NCBI RefSeq assembly: GCF_000027125.1
Contig: NC_017626.1
Source: Escherichia coli 042
GTDB lineage: Bacteria; Pseudomonadota; Gammaproteobacteria; Enterobacterales; Enterobacteriaceae
Direction: 5' to 3' (one strand)
Length of the DNA: 64,000 nucleotides
Both the position numbers and the translations under genes were made by a program. Shown piece by piece: positions 35,122 through 46,626 of this stretch. The notes under the pieces are model-generated. The model made no database searches, had not been told where the DNA came from, and worked only from the letters and a program-made list of their open reading frames with translations. The stretch's first letter is position 1, and every line of letters starts with the position of its first letter.

Positions 35122-37401
35122 TTACAGCGGTTGGGTTTGTGCTTCAACCACAGCCAGCGCCACCATGTTGACGATACGACGTACCGATGCGATCGGCGTT
35201 AACACGTGAACCGGTTTCGCCACGCCCATCAGCACCGGACCGACAGTCACACCTTCCGAGCTGGAAACGCGCAGTAAGTTGTAACTAATGCGGGCAGCTT
35301 CCATGTTCGGCATCACCAGAATATTAGCGGAACCTTTCAAAGGGCTGTCCGGCATACGGTCGCTGCGAATCGCTTCCACCAGCGCTGCATCGCCGTGCAT
35401 TTCACCATCAATCATCAGTTCTGGTGCACGTTCCCTGACCAGTTCCAGCGCCTGACGCATTTTGCTCGACGACGGGCAGTCAGAAGAACCAAAGTTGGAG
35501 TGCGACAACAGAGCCACGCGCGGTTCAATACCGAAACGACGAACAGTTTCTGCCGCCATCAAGGTGATCTCCGCCAGCTCTTCTGCGTCTGGTTCGTCAT
35601 TGACGTAGGTATCGGCAATAAAGGTGTTACCACTCGGCAGCAGCAGCGCGTTCATGGCACCTGCGGTGTGAACGCCATCGCGATAACCAAAGACATTTTT
35701 CACCACGCTAAAATGTTCATGATAATCGCCCACCGTACCGCAGATCATTGCATCGGCTTCGCCACGCTGAACCATGATCGCGCCAATCACTGTCGGGTTA
35801 CTGATCAATGCACGCTGCGCCTGTTCCTGAGTGACACCACGACGCTTCATGATCTGGAAGTATTCGGTCCAGTACTCTTTAAAGCGCGGATCGGATTCGT
35901 TATTGACGATCTCAAAATCAACACCCGCTTTGATCTGCAAGCCCAGTTTCTGAATGCGCATTTCGATCACATTCGGACGACCGATAAGGATCGGTTTCGC
36001 CAGCCCCAGTGTTACCAGTTCCTGAGTGGCATGCAGAACGCGCGCCTCTTCCCCTTCCGGCAGAACGACGCGCTTCGGCGCTTTGCGAGCCTGGGAGAAA
36101 ATCGGCTTCATAAACAGGTTGGTTTTGTAAACGAACTCCGTCAGCTTGTCGATGTAGACGTCGAAATCAGCAATCGGACGCGTCGCCACGCCCGACTCCA
36201 TCGCGGCTTTAGCGACCGCAGGAGCGATCTTAACGATCAAGCGCGGATCAAACGGTTTTGGAATGATGTATTCCGGACCAAAGCTCAGATCCTGATCGCC
36301 ATAAGCTGAAGCCACCACTTCACTCTGTTCCGCATGGGCCAATTCTGCAATCGCGCGTACCGCCGCCAGTTTCATCTCTTCGTTGATGGCGGTTGCGCCA
36401 ACGTCCAGCGCGCCACGGAAGATGAACGGGAAGCAAAGGACGTTGTTCACCTGGTTCGGGTAGTCGGAACGGCCGGTACAGATGATGGCATCCGGACGCA
36501 CTTCTTTCGCCAGCGGCGGCAGAATTTCCGGTTCCGGGTTCGCCAGCGCCAGGATCATTGGCGCTCGAGCCATTTTCTTCACCATTTCCTGGGTCAGCAC
36601 TTTCGGGCCGGAACATCCCAGGAAAATATCCGCGCCTTCAATCACATCATCGAGGGTACGTTTGCCGTCATCCACCACCGCATATGCGGCTTTGGTTTCC
36701 GCCATGTTTGGTTCACGGCCCTGATAGATAACGCCTTTTGAATCGCAAACCACGATGTTATGTTTTTGCAGACCCAGCGCTACCAGCAGGTTCATACAGG
36801 CGATTGCTGCGGCACCCGCGCCGGAAACCACCATCCGCACGTCAGAGATGTTTTTCTCCACCACGCGCAAACCGTTGAGGATGGCGGCAGTGCTGATGAT
36901 TGCCGTGCCGTGCTGATCGTCGTGGAATACCGGAATATTCATCCGCTCGCGCAGTTTCTGTTCAATATAGAAACATTCTGGCGCTTTAATGTCTTCGAGG
37001 TTGATGCCGCCGAAGGTCGGTTCAAGCGCAGCGACGACTTCAATAAATTTGTCCGGGTCGAGTTCATCAACTTCAATGTCAAATACATCAATCCCGGCGA
37101 ATTTCTTAAACAGAACGCCCTTGCCTTCCATCACCGGTTTGCCCGCCAGCGCGCCAATGTTGCCTAACCCCAGCACCGCCGTACCGTTAGAGATCACCGC
37201 CACCAGGTTACCGCGCGCGGTATATTTGTAGGCTTTTAACGGGTCTTTTTCGATTTCAAGACAAGGTGCGGCAACGCCTGGTGAGTAGGCCAGCGCCAGA
37301 TCGCGCTGCGTTGCCAGAGGCTTGGTTGGAGAAACCTGGATTTTCCCTGGAACTGGAAATTCATGGAAATCAAGTGCACTTTGTTTTAACTGGTCATCCA
37401 T
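35122..37401 (-). CDS. maeB: NADP-dependent malic enzyme (malic enzyme domain fused to a PTA-like domain)
   Basis: 759-aa [32 protein letters not shown].... Confidence 0.96.
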   Translation of the reverse strand: MDDQLKQSALDFHEFPVPGKIQVSPTKPLATQRDLALAYSPGVAAPCLEIEKDPLKAYKYTARGNLVAVISNGTAVLGLGNIGALAGKPVMEGKGVLFKKFAGIDVFDIEVDELDPDKFIEVVAALEPTFGGINLEDIKAPECFYIEQKLRERMNIPVFHDDQHGTAIISTAAILNGLRVVEKNISDVRMVVSGAGAAAIACMNLLVALGLQKHNIVVCDSKGVIYQGREPNMAETKAAYAVVDDGKRTLDDVIEGADIFLGCSGPKVLTQEMVKKMARAPMILALANPEPEILPPLAKEVRPDAIICTGRSDYPNQVNNVLCFPFIFRGALDVGATAINEEMKLAAVRAIAELAHAEQSEVVASAYGDQDLSFGPEYIIPKPFDPRLIVKIAPAVAKAAMESGVATRPIADFDVYIDKLTEFVYKTNLFMKPIFSQARKAPKRVVLPEGEEARVLHATQELVTLGLAKPILIGRPNVIEMRIQKLGLQIKAGVDFEIVNNESDPRFKEYWTEYFQIMKRRGVTQEQAQRALISNPTVIGAIMVQRGEADAMICGTVGDYHEHFSVVKNVFGYRDGVHTAGAMNALLLPSGNTFIADTYVNDEPDAEELAEITLMAAETVRRFGIEPRVALLSHSNFGSSDCPSSSKMRQALELVRERAPELMIDGEMHGDAALVEAIRSDRMPDSPLKGSANILVMPNMEAARISYNLLRVSSSEGVTVGPVLMGVAKPVHVLTPIASVRRIVNMVALAVVEAQTQPL

Positions 37402-37689
37402 TTGGTTGTTCCTTTCACGTAACGTTCACAAATAAAGTGTGTGGGCAACAGCCCCTGCCCACAACGTGGCGCACATTATTACCTTGCCGGAGTCTACAGA
37501 CTTTGAGCAAGTCCAAACTCTCACCATTAATATAATGTTTTGGTAATAATCCTATAACACTGATGTTACCTGCTTAATCCAGCAATACCATGCCTGTCTG
37601 CTATGCTTTTTTGATGCGTTTAGCGAAATTTCTCAGAAGTGTGAATTAACGCACTCATCTAACACTTTACTTTTCAAGGAGTATTTCCT

Positions 37690-38640
37690 ATGAACGAGTT
37701 AGACGGCATCAAACAGTTCACCACTGTCGTGGCAGACAGCGGCGATATTGAGTCCATTCGCCATTATCATCCCCGGGATGCCACCACCAATCCTTCGCTG
37801 TTACTCAAGGCTGCCGGATTATCACAATATGAGCATTTAATAGACGATGCTATCGCCTGGGGTAGAAAAAATGGCAAAACCCAGGAACAACAGGTGGTCG
37901 CAGCGTGTGACAAACTGGCGGTCAATTTCGGTGCTGAAATTCTCAAAATCGTACCCGGTCGCGTGTCAACAGAAGTTGATGCACGCCTCTCTTTTGATAA
38001 AGAAAAGAGTATTGAGAAAGCGCGCCATCTGGTGGACTTGTATCAGCAACAAGGCGTTGAGAAATCACGCATTCTGATCAAGCTGGCTTCAACCTGGGAA
38101 GGAATTCGCGCGGCAGAAGAGCTGGAAAAAGAAGGTATTAACTGCAACCTGACGCTGCTGTTTTCTTTTGCACAGGCGCGGGCCTGTGCAGAAGCAGGCG
38201 TTTTTCTGATTTCGCCGTTTGTCGGGCGTATTTATGACTGGTATCAGGCACGCAAGCCGATGGACCCGTATGTGGTGGAAGAAGATCCGGGCGTTAAATC
38301 GGTGCGCAATATCTACGACTACTATAAGCAACACCACTATGAAACCATTGTGATGGGCGCGAGCTTCCGTCGCACCGAACAAATCCTCGCCTTAACCGGC
38401 TGCGATCGACTGACTATCGCACCGAATTTGCTGAAGGAGCTGCAGGAAAAAGTTTCGCCAGTGGTACGTAAATTAATCCCACCTTCTCAGACGTTCCCAC
38501 GCCCAGCTCCCATGAGCGAAGCGGAGTTCCGTTGGGAGCACAATCAGGATGCGATGGCGGTAGAAAAACTGTCTGAAGGCATTCGTCTGTTCGCCGTTGA
38601 TCAACGCAAACTGGAAGATCTTCTTGCCGCCAAACTTTAA
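37690..38640 (+). CDS. talA: Transaldolase A
   Basis: 316-aa [26 protein letters not shown]...; followed by tktB. Confidence 0.96.
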   Translation: MNELDGIKQFTTVVADSGDIESIRHYHPRDATTNPSLLLKAAGLSQYEHLIDDAIAWGRKNGKTQEQQVVAACDKLAVNFGAEILKIVPGRVSTEVDARLSFDKEKSIEKARHLVDLYQQQGVEKSRILIKLASTWEGIRAAEELEKEGINCNLTLLFSFAQARACAEAGVFLISPFVGRIYDWYQARKPMDPYVVEEDPGVKSVRNIYDYYKQHHYETIVMGASFRRTEQILALTGCDRLTIAPNLLKELQEKVSPVVRKLIPPSQTFPRPAPMSEAEFRWEHNQDAMAVEKLSEGIRLFAVDQRKLEDLLAAKL

Positions 38641-38659
38641 ACCAGCCACGGAGTGTTAT

Positions 38660-40663
38660 ATGTCCCGAAAAGACCTTGCCAATGCGATTCGCGCACTCAG
38701 TATGGATGCGGTACAAAAAGCCAATTCTGGTCATCCCGGCGCGCCGATGGGCATGGCTGATATTGCCGAAGTGCTGTGGAACGATTTTCTTAAACATAAC
38801 CCTACCGACCCAACCTGGTATGATCGCGACCGCTTTATTCTTTCCAACGGTCACGCGTCGATGCTGCTCTACAGTTTGCTGCATCTGACCGGTTACGACC
38901 TGCCGCTGGAAGAGCTGAAGAACTTCCGTCAGTTGCATTCAAAAACCCCAGGTCACCCGGAGATTGGCTATACGCCAGGTGTTGAAACCACCACCGGTCC
39001 ACTTGGACAAGGTTTGGCGAACGCCGTCGGGCTGGCGATAGCAGAGCGTACACTGGCGGCGCAGTTTAACCAGCCGGATCATGAAATTGTCGATCACTTC
39101 ACCTATGTGTTTATGGGCGACGGCTGCCTGATGGAAGGTATTTCCCACGAAGTCTGTTCGCTGGCGGGCACGCTGGGACTGGGCAAGCTGATTGGTTTTT
39201 ACGATCACAACGGTATTTCCATCGACGGTGAAACCGAAGGCTGGTTTACCGACGATACGGCAAAACGTTTTGAAGCCTATCACTGGCATGTGATCCACGA
39301 GATCGACGGCCACGATCCGCAGGCGGTGAAGGAAGCGATCCTTGAAGCGCAAAGCGTGAAAGATAAGCCGTCGCTGATTATCTGTCGTACGGTGATTGGC
39401 TTTGGATCGCCGAATAAAGCAGGTAAGGAAGAGGCGCACGGCGCACCACTGGGGGAAGAAGAAGTGGCGCTGGCACGGCAAAAACTGGGCTGGCACCATC
39501 CGCCATTTGAGATCCCTAAAGAGATTTATCACGCCTGGGATGCCCGCAAAAAAGGCGAAAAAGCGCAGCAGAGCTGGAATGAGAAGTTTGCCGCCTATAA
39601 AAAGGCTCATCCGCAACTGGCAGAAGAGTTTACCCGTCGGATGAGCGGTGGTTTACCGAAGGACTGGGAGAAAACGACTCAGAAATATATCAATGAATTA
39701 CAGGCGAATCCGGCGAAAATCGCCACCCGTAAGGCTTCGCAAAATACGCTTAACGCTTATGGCCCCTTGCTACCGGAGCTGCTCGGCGGTTCGGCGGATC
39801 TGGCTCCCAGCAACCTCACCATCTGGAAAGGTTCTGTGTCGCTGAAGGAAGATCCTGCGGGCAACTATATTCACTACGGGGTGCGTGAATTTGGTATGAC
39901 CGCTATCGCCAATGGCATCGCGCACCACGGTGGATTTGTACCGTATACCGCGACGTTCCTGATGTTTGTTGAATACGCCCGTAACGCCGCGCGGATGGCG
40001 GCACTGATGAAAGCGCGGCAGATTATGGTTTATACCCACGACTCAATTGGCTTAGGGGAAGATGGTCCGACCCACCAGGCTGTTGAGCAACTGGCCAGTT
40101 TGCGCTTAACGCCAAATTTCAGCACCTGGCGACCGTGCGATCAGGTGGAAGCAGCGGTGGGCTGGAAGCTGGCCGTTGAGCGCCACAACGGACCGACGGC
40201 ACTGATCCTCTCCAGGCAGAATCTGGCCCAGGTGGAACGTACGCCGGATCAGGTTAAAGAGATTGCTCGTGGCGGTTATGTACTGAAAGACAGCGGCGGT
40301 AAGCCAGATATTATTTTGATTGCCACCGGTTCAGAGATGGAAATCACCCTGCAAGCGGCAGAGAAATTAGCGGGAGAAGGTCGCAATGTACGCGTAGTTT
40401 CCCTGCCCTCGACCGATATTTTCGACGCCCAGGATGAGGAATATCGGGAGTCGGTGTTGCCTTCTAACGTTGCGGCTCGCGTGGCGGTGGAAGCAGGTAT
40501 TGCCGATTACTGGTACAAGTATGTTGGTCTGAAAGGGGCAATTGTCGGGATGACGGGTTACGGGGAATCTGCTCCGGCGGATAAGCTGTTCCCGTTCTTT
40601 GGCTTTACCGCCGAGAATATTGTGGCAAAAGCGCATAAGGTGCTGGGAGTGAAAGGTGCCTGA
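38660..40663 (+). CDS. tktB: Transketolase 2
   Basis: Track ORF starts upstream inside talA; product from [27 protein letters not shown] is 667 aa with RBS (acggagtgttatATG). Confidence 0.96.
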   Translation: MSRKDLANAIRALSMDAVQKANSGHPGAPMGMADIAEVLWNDFLKHNPTDPTWYDRDRFILSNGHASMLLYSLLHLTGYDLPLEELKNFRQLHSKTPGHPEIGYTPGVETTTGPLGQGLANAVGLAIAERTLAAQFNQPDHEIVDHFTYVFMGDGCLMEGISHEVCSLAGTLGLGKLIGFYDHNGISIDGETEGWFTDDTAKRFEAYHWHVIHEIDGHDPQAVKEAILEAQSVKDKPSLIICRTVIGFGSPNKAGKEEAHGAPLGEEEVALARQKLGWHHPPFEIPKEIYHAWDARKKGEKAQQSWNEKFAAYKKAHPQLAEEFTRRMSGGLPKDWEKTTQKYINELQANPAKIATRKASQNTLNAYGPLLPELLGGSADLAPSNLTIWKGSVSLKEDPAGNYIHYGVREFGMTAIANGIAHHGGFVPYTATFLMFVEYARNAARMAALMKARQIMVYTHDSIGLGEDGPTHQAVEQLASLRLTPNFSTWRPCDQVEAAVGWKLAVERHNGPTALILSRQNLAQVERTPDQVKEIARGGYVLKDSGGKPDIILIATGSEMEITLQAAEKLAGEGRNVRVVSLPSTDIFDAQDEEYRESVLPSNVAARVAVEAGIADYWYKYVGLKGAIVGMTGYGESAPADKLFPFFGFTAENIVAKAHKVLGVKGA

Positions 40664-40688
40664 TGGTGATCGCCGGATGCTGTATGTT

Positions 40689-40726
40689 CCCCTCACCCTA
40701 ACCCTCTCCCCAGAGGGGCGAGGGGA
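40689..40726. repeat. GC-rich palindromic intergenic repeat between convergent tktB and ypfG
   Basis: cccctcaccctaaccctctccccagaggggcgaggggac forms an imperfect hairpin; element family not assigned with confidence. Confidence 0.45.
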
Positions 40727-40765
40727 CGGTCCGTGCGCTTTTTAGGGGCGCATCTGGGATTTTGT

Positions 40766-41809
40766 TTAACGGGTGATCCACAACGTGGGCCAGGCGTCTG
40801 GCCCATGCCAGTTATCACAGGTGGGTTCTGCGGCGTAACGCACCAGGCGAAAACGCTGACCGTCAAAACGCCAGCGCGCCTGAATGCCACAATCGCTTAA
40901 TCCGCGCCCTTTTGCTAAGGTCACCAGTTCACGCGATTTTTCATCGAATGTTGCGTTCATCAGTTCCAGTTCATTCGTCTCCTGACCGCTGTTGAACGGC
41001 AAACGTAACCGAACCGGGCGCGAGGCCAGTGGCTTTTTACGCGACACAATCCAGGCCAAATCAATGGTGTTATAGGCCCCTGCCTCACAGCTAATCATCA
41101 TCAGCGCTTTATCATCGGTCAGCGCAGTGACATTTACCTCTCGACGCAATGGATCAAGCGAGCAGCGCAGACCATTCATCCGCCAGTTTCCATAATCCAG
41201 CAAATCGTTGCGTTCTTCGAGTGAGAGTGGCGTCGGCGTTGGGTTAACCACCGCGACCTCTTTCAGCGCAGGCGCGGGCGGTACGCTGAGCGGCGGTTCG
41301 TCCCCTTTCTTGATCCACGCGGTTTCACTGCCAACGCGCTTTTGCTGAGCATCAATAAACAACAACGCCGCTTTTAAGCCGCTCAGAGAGATGGTCTGAT
41401 TGCCGTCGCGTAAGGTGATTGCCTTCCCTTCCTGAATCAGCTGCAAAAACGCGGTGATGGTTGCCGTATCATCGGTTACTAATAACCATGGTGAAATCCG
41501 CCACTTGTCACCACTTAACGCCAACGGCTCACCATCTAACAGCAGCCGTGGCGCTATCTCCCCTTCAGACGCATCCGGCGACTTCAACCCGCCGCGCTCA
41601 ATACGTAAAACGGCATCGGTATGCGCCCCGGCGCTGCGGCTCAGGGTCATCACCAGTCCGTTATGATCGCCCGTATTGCGCGCCACACAAAAATTTTGAT
41701 TATTACAGGTGACCTGCCAGTCGGAAAACGCCCGTTGCGCTGGTGCCGCCCACACCAAAGACGTCGGCAACAAAGCGAAAAAAAAGAGAAGGAAAATGCG
41801 ATAGCGCAT
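40766..41809 (-). CDS. ypfG: Uncharacterised periplasmic protein YpfG
   Basis: 347-aa ORF with signal peptide MRYRIFLLFFFALLPTSLVWA. Confidence 0.88.
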   Translation of the reverse strand: MRYRIFLLFFFALLPTSLVWAAPAQRAFSDWQVTCNNQNFCVARNTGDHNGLVMTLSRSAGAHTDAVLRIERGGLKSPDASEGEIAPRLLLDGEPLALSGDKWRISPWLLVTDDTATITAFLQLIQEGKAITLRDGNQTISLSGLKAALLFIDAQQKRVGSETAWIKKGDEPPLSVPPAPALKEVAVVNPTPTPLSLEERNDLLDYGNWRMNGLRCSLDPLRREVNVTALTDDKALMMISCEAGAYNTIDLAWIVSRKKPLASRPVRLRLPFNSGQETNELELMNATFDEKSRELVTLAKGRGLSDCGIQARWRFDGQRFRLVRYAAEPTCDNWHGPDAWPTLWITR

Positions 41810-41934
41810 GGACGGTACGACCCCAGAAGTTCAAACAAACAGCACAAGTCGTATCTTCGTTGCGCAGGTAGCGCGGCTCAATCGGATTTGTCGGATTGAG
41901 CCAATAATAAACAACGAAATATTATTGTTATTTT

Positions 41935-42510
41935 TCAGTCCATTAAATGTGACATTTGCAAATAGTTAAGCAATAACACCGTCTTACCGTCACGTATCTC
42001 GCCGGTTTTGATCATCTCCAGCGCCTGGCTGAACGGCAGCTCGAGCACTTCAATATCTTCATCTTCGACACCACCACCGGCGTTAGCGCGCTGGCTGTCA
42101 CTGTATTCGGCGATAAAGAAGTGGATTAGCTCAGTCACACCGCCTGGCGACATATACAGTTCAAATAATTTGCGCACTTCGCCAACTTCATAACCCGTCT
42201 CTTCAATTGCTTCTTTACGTATACACACTTCCGGTTCGTCGTTATCCAGCAGCCCGGCGCAGGTTTCAATCAGCTGCCCGCTTTCATTGCCATTAACCCA
42301 GGTAGCGACGCGGAACTGACGAATCAGAACCACGGTCTTTTTCTTCGCGTTGTACAGGAGGATCGTTGCACCATTACCGCGATCGTAAACTTCACGTTTA
42401 TGGCGGATAACTTCGCCATCTTTGCGCGTGAGATCGTAAGTAATGTTGTGCAGGGTGAAATAGTTATCGGAGAGAATTTTGTCTTTAATGAGGGTGATTT
42501 GTTGCGTCAT
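41935..42510 (-). CDS. nudK: GDP-mannose pyrophosphatase (Nudix hydrolase)
   Basis: Track ORF is extended; product from [15 protein letters not shown] is 191 aa with a Nudix box ([21 protein letters not shown]). Confidence 0.92.
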   Translation of the reverse strand: MTQQITLIKDKILSDNYFTLHNITYDLTRKDGEVIRHKREVYDRGNGATILLYNAKKKTVVLIRQFRVATWVNGNESGQLIETCAGLLDNDEPEVCIRKEAIEETGYEVGEVRKLFELYMSPGGVTELIHFFIAEYSDSQRANAGGGVEDEDIEVLELPFSQALEMIKTGEIRDGKTVLLLNYLQMSHLMD

Positions 42511-42577
42511 ACCGACTCCACAGCGCGAAATGAACAATTATCTTACGCTGTGAAGCCGGGTTTGTCTGCGCAGGCTA

Positions 42578-44557
42578 TCAGTGAGATTTGACTGATTTTA
42601 CCCCCAGCCAGTCAATAATCCCCTGTGCCGCATGACGTCCTTCTGCCATTGCGGTAACCACCAGATCCGCACCTCGCACGGCGTCACCACCGGCGAAGAT
42701 TTTCGGATTCGTGGTCTGGTAACGGTACTGGCTTTCCACATCCGCGATGATGCGGCCCCATTTGTCTACCGTTACACCGTGCGACTCCAGCCACGGCATC
42801 CCGTGCGGATTGAAGCCAAACGCCATAATCACCGCGTCGGCTGGCATGACAAATTCACTGCCTTCCACCGGTACTGGACGCCGACGCCCCTGGGCATCCG
42901 GCTCGCCAAGACGCGTACGCAGGAAACGAATCCCGCAAACGTGACCTTGTTCATTCAGCTCAAGCGCCACCGGCTGGACGTTAAATTCGAAGTTGGCCCC
43001 CTCTTCGCGGGCGTTCTTCACCTCTTTCTTCGAGCCTGGCATGTTAGCTTCATCACGACGATAAGCGCAGGTGACGTTACTCGCGCCGTGGCGCAGCGCG
43101 GTACGCACACAGTCCATCGCGGTGTCGCCGCCGCCCAGTACCACGACGTTGAGTCCGGCGGTATTGATAAACGGCTCTTCCGGTAGCTCTTCGAGTCCCA
43201 TCACCTGTTTAGTGTTGGCGATGAGGAACGGCAGGGCGTCATAAACGCCCGGCGCATCTTCATTGGGTAAACCCGCTTTCATGGAACGGTAAGTGCCTAC
43301 GCCAACGAAGACCGCGTCGTATTGTTCCAAAAGCGAATCCAAAGAGACATCTTTACCCACTTCACAATTGAGTTCGAAGTGAATCCCCATCGCGCTGAAG
43401 ATTTCCCGACGGCGTGCCAGCAGGGATTTATCCAGTTTGAAAGAAGGAATGCCGAAAGTGAGCAAGCCACCAATTTCTGGATGGCGATCGTACACCGTCA
43501 CCGCCATGCCATTGCGGGTCAGAACATCCGCACAGGCCAGCCCTGCCGGACCTGCACCGATAATCGCCACCCGCTTGTCCACTTTGGTGACATGGCTTAA
43601 GTCAGGACGCCAACCTTTCGCCAACGCCTGATCTGAAATGTAGCGTTCAATGTTGCCGATAGTTACTGCACCGTGCTCATCGCGAATAGTACAGGCTCCT
43701 TCACACAAACGGTCTTGCGGACAAACGCGTCCGGTAATTTCCGGCAGGGTGTTGGTCTGGTGAGAAAGCTCGACGGCGGCGTCGATGTTTCCGGCTTTCA
43801 CCAGTTCAATCCACTGCGGAATATGGTTATGCAGCGGGCAGGTCCATTCACAAACGCTGTGCTCGCCGCATTTAAGGCAGCGCGAGGCTTCCCGTTGTGC
43901 CTGATCGGCACGGAATGGCAGATAAATTTCATCAAAACCGGTTTTGCGCGCTTCAATCGCCAGTTTGTCCGGCTCGCCACGCGCGGGCGTTGCCTGCATT
44001 TGCTCGACTTTACTCATTACCGGCATTTCTTGTGCCGCGGTACTGGCATGCCACGGTTGATGTTCCTGACGTGCGGTGCGCAGGCGGCGGGATTTCGCCA
44101 TGCCGGAGAGTGCGGCATCAGTGACCAGTTGCAGCGCGTCCGCCGGGCAATTCTCGACACAGGCAGGACCGTTTTCGCGCCCTGCACAAAGGTCGCATTT
44201 ATGCGCCGTGGCTTTTACTTTGCCCGCCGCGACGGGTGTCAGGACGATTTGCATCGTACCAAATGGACAGGCCACCACGCAGGATTTACAGCCAATACAC
44301 TTTTGCTGATTGACCTGAATGCTGTCATCAACGTGGCTGATTGCGCCATTAGGGCAGCTACGGGCGCAGGGCGCATCTTCGCAATGGTGACAGGTCACTG
44401 CACTACGTTGCTGCTGATGTTTGATAACCGTAATTCGGGGATGAAAATGGTGTTGGCTCAGGACATGTTGCTCATCATTGTGAGCCATGACACAGGCGAT
44501 TTCACAAGCATGACAACCCAGACATTGCTGACTGTTGGCCATAATAAAACGATTCAT
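42578..44557 (-). CDS. aegA: Fe-S cluster and FAD/NAD-binding oxidoreductase AegA
   Basis: 659-aa ORF with N-terminal ferredoxin-like Cys clusters and a GltD-like C-terminal domain. Confidence 0.93.
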   Translation of the reverse strand: MNRFIMANSQQCLGCHACEIACVMAHNDEQHVLSQHHFHPRITVIKHQQQRSAVTCHHCEDAPCARSCPNGAISHVDDSIQVNQQKCIGCKSCVVACPFGTMQIVLTPVAAGKVKATAHKCDLCAGRENGPACVENCPADALQLVTDAALSGMAKSRRLRTARQEHQPWHASTAAQEMPVMSKVEQMQATPARGEPDKLAIEARKTGFDEIYLPFRADQAQREASRCLKCGEHSVCEWTCPLHNHIPQWIELVKAGNIDAAVELSHQTNTLPEITGRVCPQDRLCEGACTIRDEHGAVTIGNIERYISDQALAKGWRPDLSHVTKVDKRVAIIGAGPAGLACADVLTRNGMAVTVYDRHPEIGGLLTFGIPSFKLDKSLLARRREIFSAMGIHFELNCEVGKDVSLDSLLEQYDAVFVGVGTYRSMKAGLPNEDAPGVYDALPFLIANTKQVMGLEELPEEPFINTAGLNVVVLGGGDTAMDCVRTALRHGASNVTCAYRRDEANMPGSKKEVKNAREEGANFEFNVQPVALELNEQGHVCGIRFLRTRLGEPDAQGRRRPVPVEGSEFVMPADAVIMAFGFNPHGMPWLESHGVTVDKWGRIIADVESQYRYQTTNPKIFAGGDAVRGADLVVTAMAEGRHAAQGIIDWLGVKSVKSH

Positions 44558-44762
44558 AACGACCTTCTTTTTTGGTTGTAAAAACCTTATTCTTTATATG
44601 AGTGTTGTTATTACCCGACTTACAGGGGAATCGGCAATGTTCATGTGCCCAGAATAAGTAACTATTTCGCTATAAACTGTGGCAGATCAAATAATCCCAT
44701 CACTGACTAAATTGCGTTTCAGCGAACTGGAACATTAATGATTTTTTGTGGAGAAGACGCGT

Positions 44763-46463
44763 GTGATTGTTAAACGACCCGTCTCGGCCAGTCTGGCCCG
44801 GGCCTTTTTTTACATTGTGCTGCTGTCGATTCTTTCCACGGGTATCGCTCTGCTAACGCTGGCGAGCAGTTTACGCGACGCTGAGGCTATCAATATTGCC
44901 GGATCGCTGCGTATGCAGAGTTACCGCCTGGGCTACGACTTGCAAAGTGGCAGTCCACAACTCAATGCACATCGCCAGTTATTTCAGCAGGCACTGCATT
45001 CACCGGTATTAACCAATCTCAACGTCTGGTATGTGCCAGAGGCAGTAAAAACCCGCTATGCGCATCTGAATGCCAACTGGCTGGAGATGAATAATCGGCT
45101 CAGCAAGGGCGACTTGCCGTGGTATCAGGCCAATATTAATAATTATGTTAATCAGATAGACCTGTTCGTGCTGGCTTTACAGCACTACGCTGAACGCAAA
45201 ATGCTGCTGGTGGTGGCGATTTCCCTGGCTGGCGGCATCGGTATTTTCACGCTGGTCTTTTTTACTTTGCGCCGCATACGCCATCAGGTGGTTGCCCCGC
45301 TGAATCAGCTGGTTACCGCCAGTCAGCGTATTGAACACGGGCAGTTCGACTCGCCGCCGCTGGATACCAGCCTGCCGAATGAGCTTGGCCTGCTTGCCAA
45401 AACCTTTAACCAGATGTCGAGCGAGCTGCATAAATTGTACCGTTCGCTGGAGGCGTCAGTAGAAGAAAAGACCCGCGATCTCCACGAGGCCAAGCGTCGT
45501 CTGGAGGTGTTGTATCAGTGTTCGCAGGCGCTAAACACCAGCCAGATTGATGTGCATTGTTTCCGCCATATTTTGCAGATTGTTCGCGACAATGAAGCGG
45601 CTGAATATCTGGAGTTAAATGTCGGTGACAACTGGCGGATTAGCGAAGGGCAGCCAAACCCGGAATTGCCGATGCAGATTTTACCGGTGACAATGCAAGA
45701 GACGGTTTACGGCGAACTGCACTGGCAAAATAGTCACGTTTCATCATCAGAACCGCTGCTTAACAGCGTTTCGTCGATGCTGGGACGCGGTTTGTACTTT
45801 AATCAGGCGCAGAAGCATTTTCAGCAGTTATTGTTGATGGAAGAACGTGCGACCATCGCCCGCGAATTGCACGACTCGCTGGCTCAGGTACTTTCTTACT
45901 TACGTATCCAGTTGACGTTACTGAAGCGTTCGATACCGGAAGATAATGCCACCGCACAAAGTATCATGGCCGATTTTTCCCAGGCGTTGAATGATGCTTA
46001 TCGGCAGTTACGCGAGCTGTTAACTACTTTCCGCCTGACGCTGCAGCAGGCGGATCTCCCCTCCGCGTTGAGGGAAATGCTGGATACGTTACAAAATCAA
46101 ACCAGCGCCAAACTGACCCTCGACTGCCGTCTGCCAACCCTGGCGCTGGATGCGCAAATGCAGGTGCATTTGTTGCAAATTATTCGCGAAGCGGTGCTGA
46201 ATGCGATGAAGCACGCCAACGCCAGCGAAATCGCCGTTAGCTGCGTCACCGCGCCGGATGGCAATCACACAGTCTATATTCGAGACAACGGGATTGGCAT
46301 CGGTGAACCGAAAGAACCCGAAGGCCATTATGGTCTGAATATCATGCGCGAACGCGCGGAACGGCTGGGTGGGACGCTGACTTTTTCACAACCTTCCGGC
46401 GGCGGCACGTTAGTGAGTATTAGCTTTCGCTCCGCGGAGGGTGAGGAAAGCCAGCTGATGTAA
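44763..46463 (+). CDS. narQ: Nitrate/nitrite sensor histidine kinase
   Basis: Product from GTG-initiated MIVKRPVSASLARAFFYIVLL is 566 aa; HAMP domain and HisKA_3 H-box (ERATIARELHDSLAQ); track ORF begins 5 codons upstream. Confidence 0.93.
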   Translation: MIVKRPVSASLARAFFYIVLLSILSTGIALLTLASSLRDAEAINIAGSLRMQSYRLGYDLQSGSPQLNAHRQLFQQALHSPVLTNLNVWYVPEAVKTRYAHLNANWLEMNNRLSKGDLPWYQANINNYVNQIDLFVLALQHYAERKMLLVVAISLAGGIGIFTLVFFTLRRIRHQVVAPLNQLVTASQRIEHGQFDSPPLDTSLPNELGLLAKTFNQMSSELHKLYRSLEASVEEKTRDLHEAKRRLEVLYQCSQALNTSQIDVHCFRHILQIVRDNEAAEYLELNVGDNWRISEGQPNPELPMQILPVTMQETVYGELHWQNSHVSSSEPLLNSVSSMLGRGLYFNQAQKHFQQLLLMEERATIARELHDSLAQVLSYLRIQLTLLKRSIPEDNATAQSIMADFSQALNDAYRQLRELLTTFRLTLQQADLPSALREMLDTLQNQTSAKLTLDCRLPTLALDAQMQVHLLQIIREAVLNAMKHANASEIAVSCVTAPDGNHTVYIRDNGIGIGEPKEPEGHYGLNIMRERAERLGGTLTFSQPSGGGTLVSISFRSAEGEESQLM

Positions 46464-46538
46464 TGCCTCCGACTGACCAAAGAATACTGGCACTTTAGGT
46501 TCACTATAAAAGGGCATGATAATTTACATTAACTCCTT

Positions 46539-46556
46539 TTTTTCTCCACGATTGGC
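46539..46556 (+). promoter_or_regulatory. BaeR-box-like site upstream of acrD
   Basis: tttttctccacgattggc matches 17 of 18 positions of the recalled BaeR consensus TTTTTCTCCATDATTGGC, about 70 bp upstream of the acrD start. Confidence 0.5.
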
Positions 46557-46626
46557 TCGTACCTTGCCGCTACAGTGAAGCAAGTCAAGCCTACAACGAT
46601 ACGCAGAAACACGAGGTCCTCTTTTA

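Noticed and set aside
35395-36309. 304-aa plus-strand ORF antisense to maeB
   Set aside because: Lies wholly within maeB on the opposite strand; no independent start signals.
43673-44581. 302-aa plus-strand ORF antisense to aegA
   Set aside because: Antisense shadow ORF within aegA.
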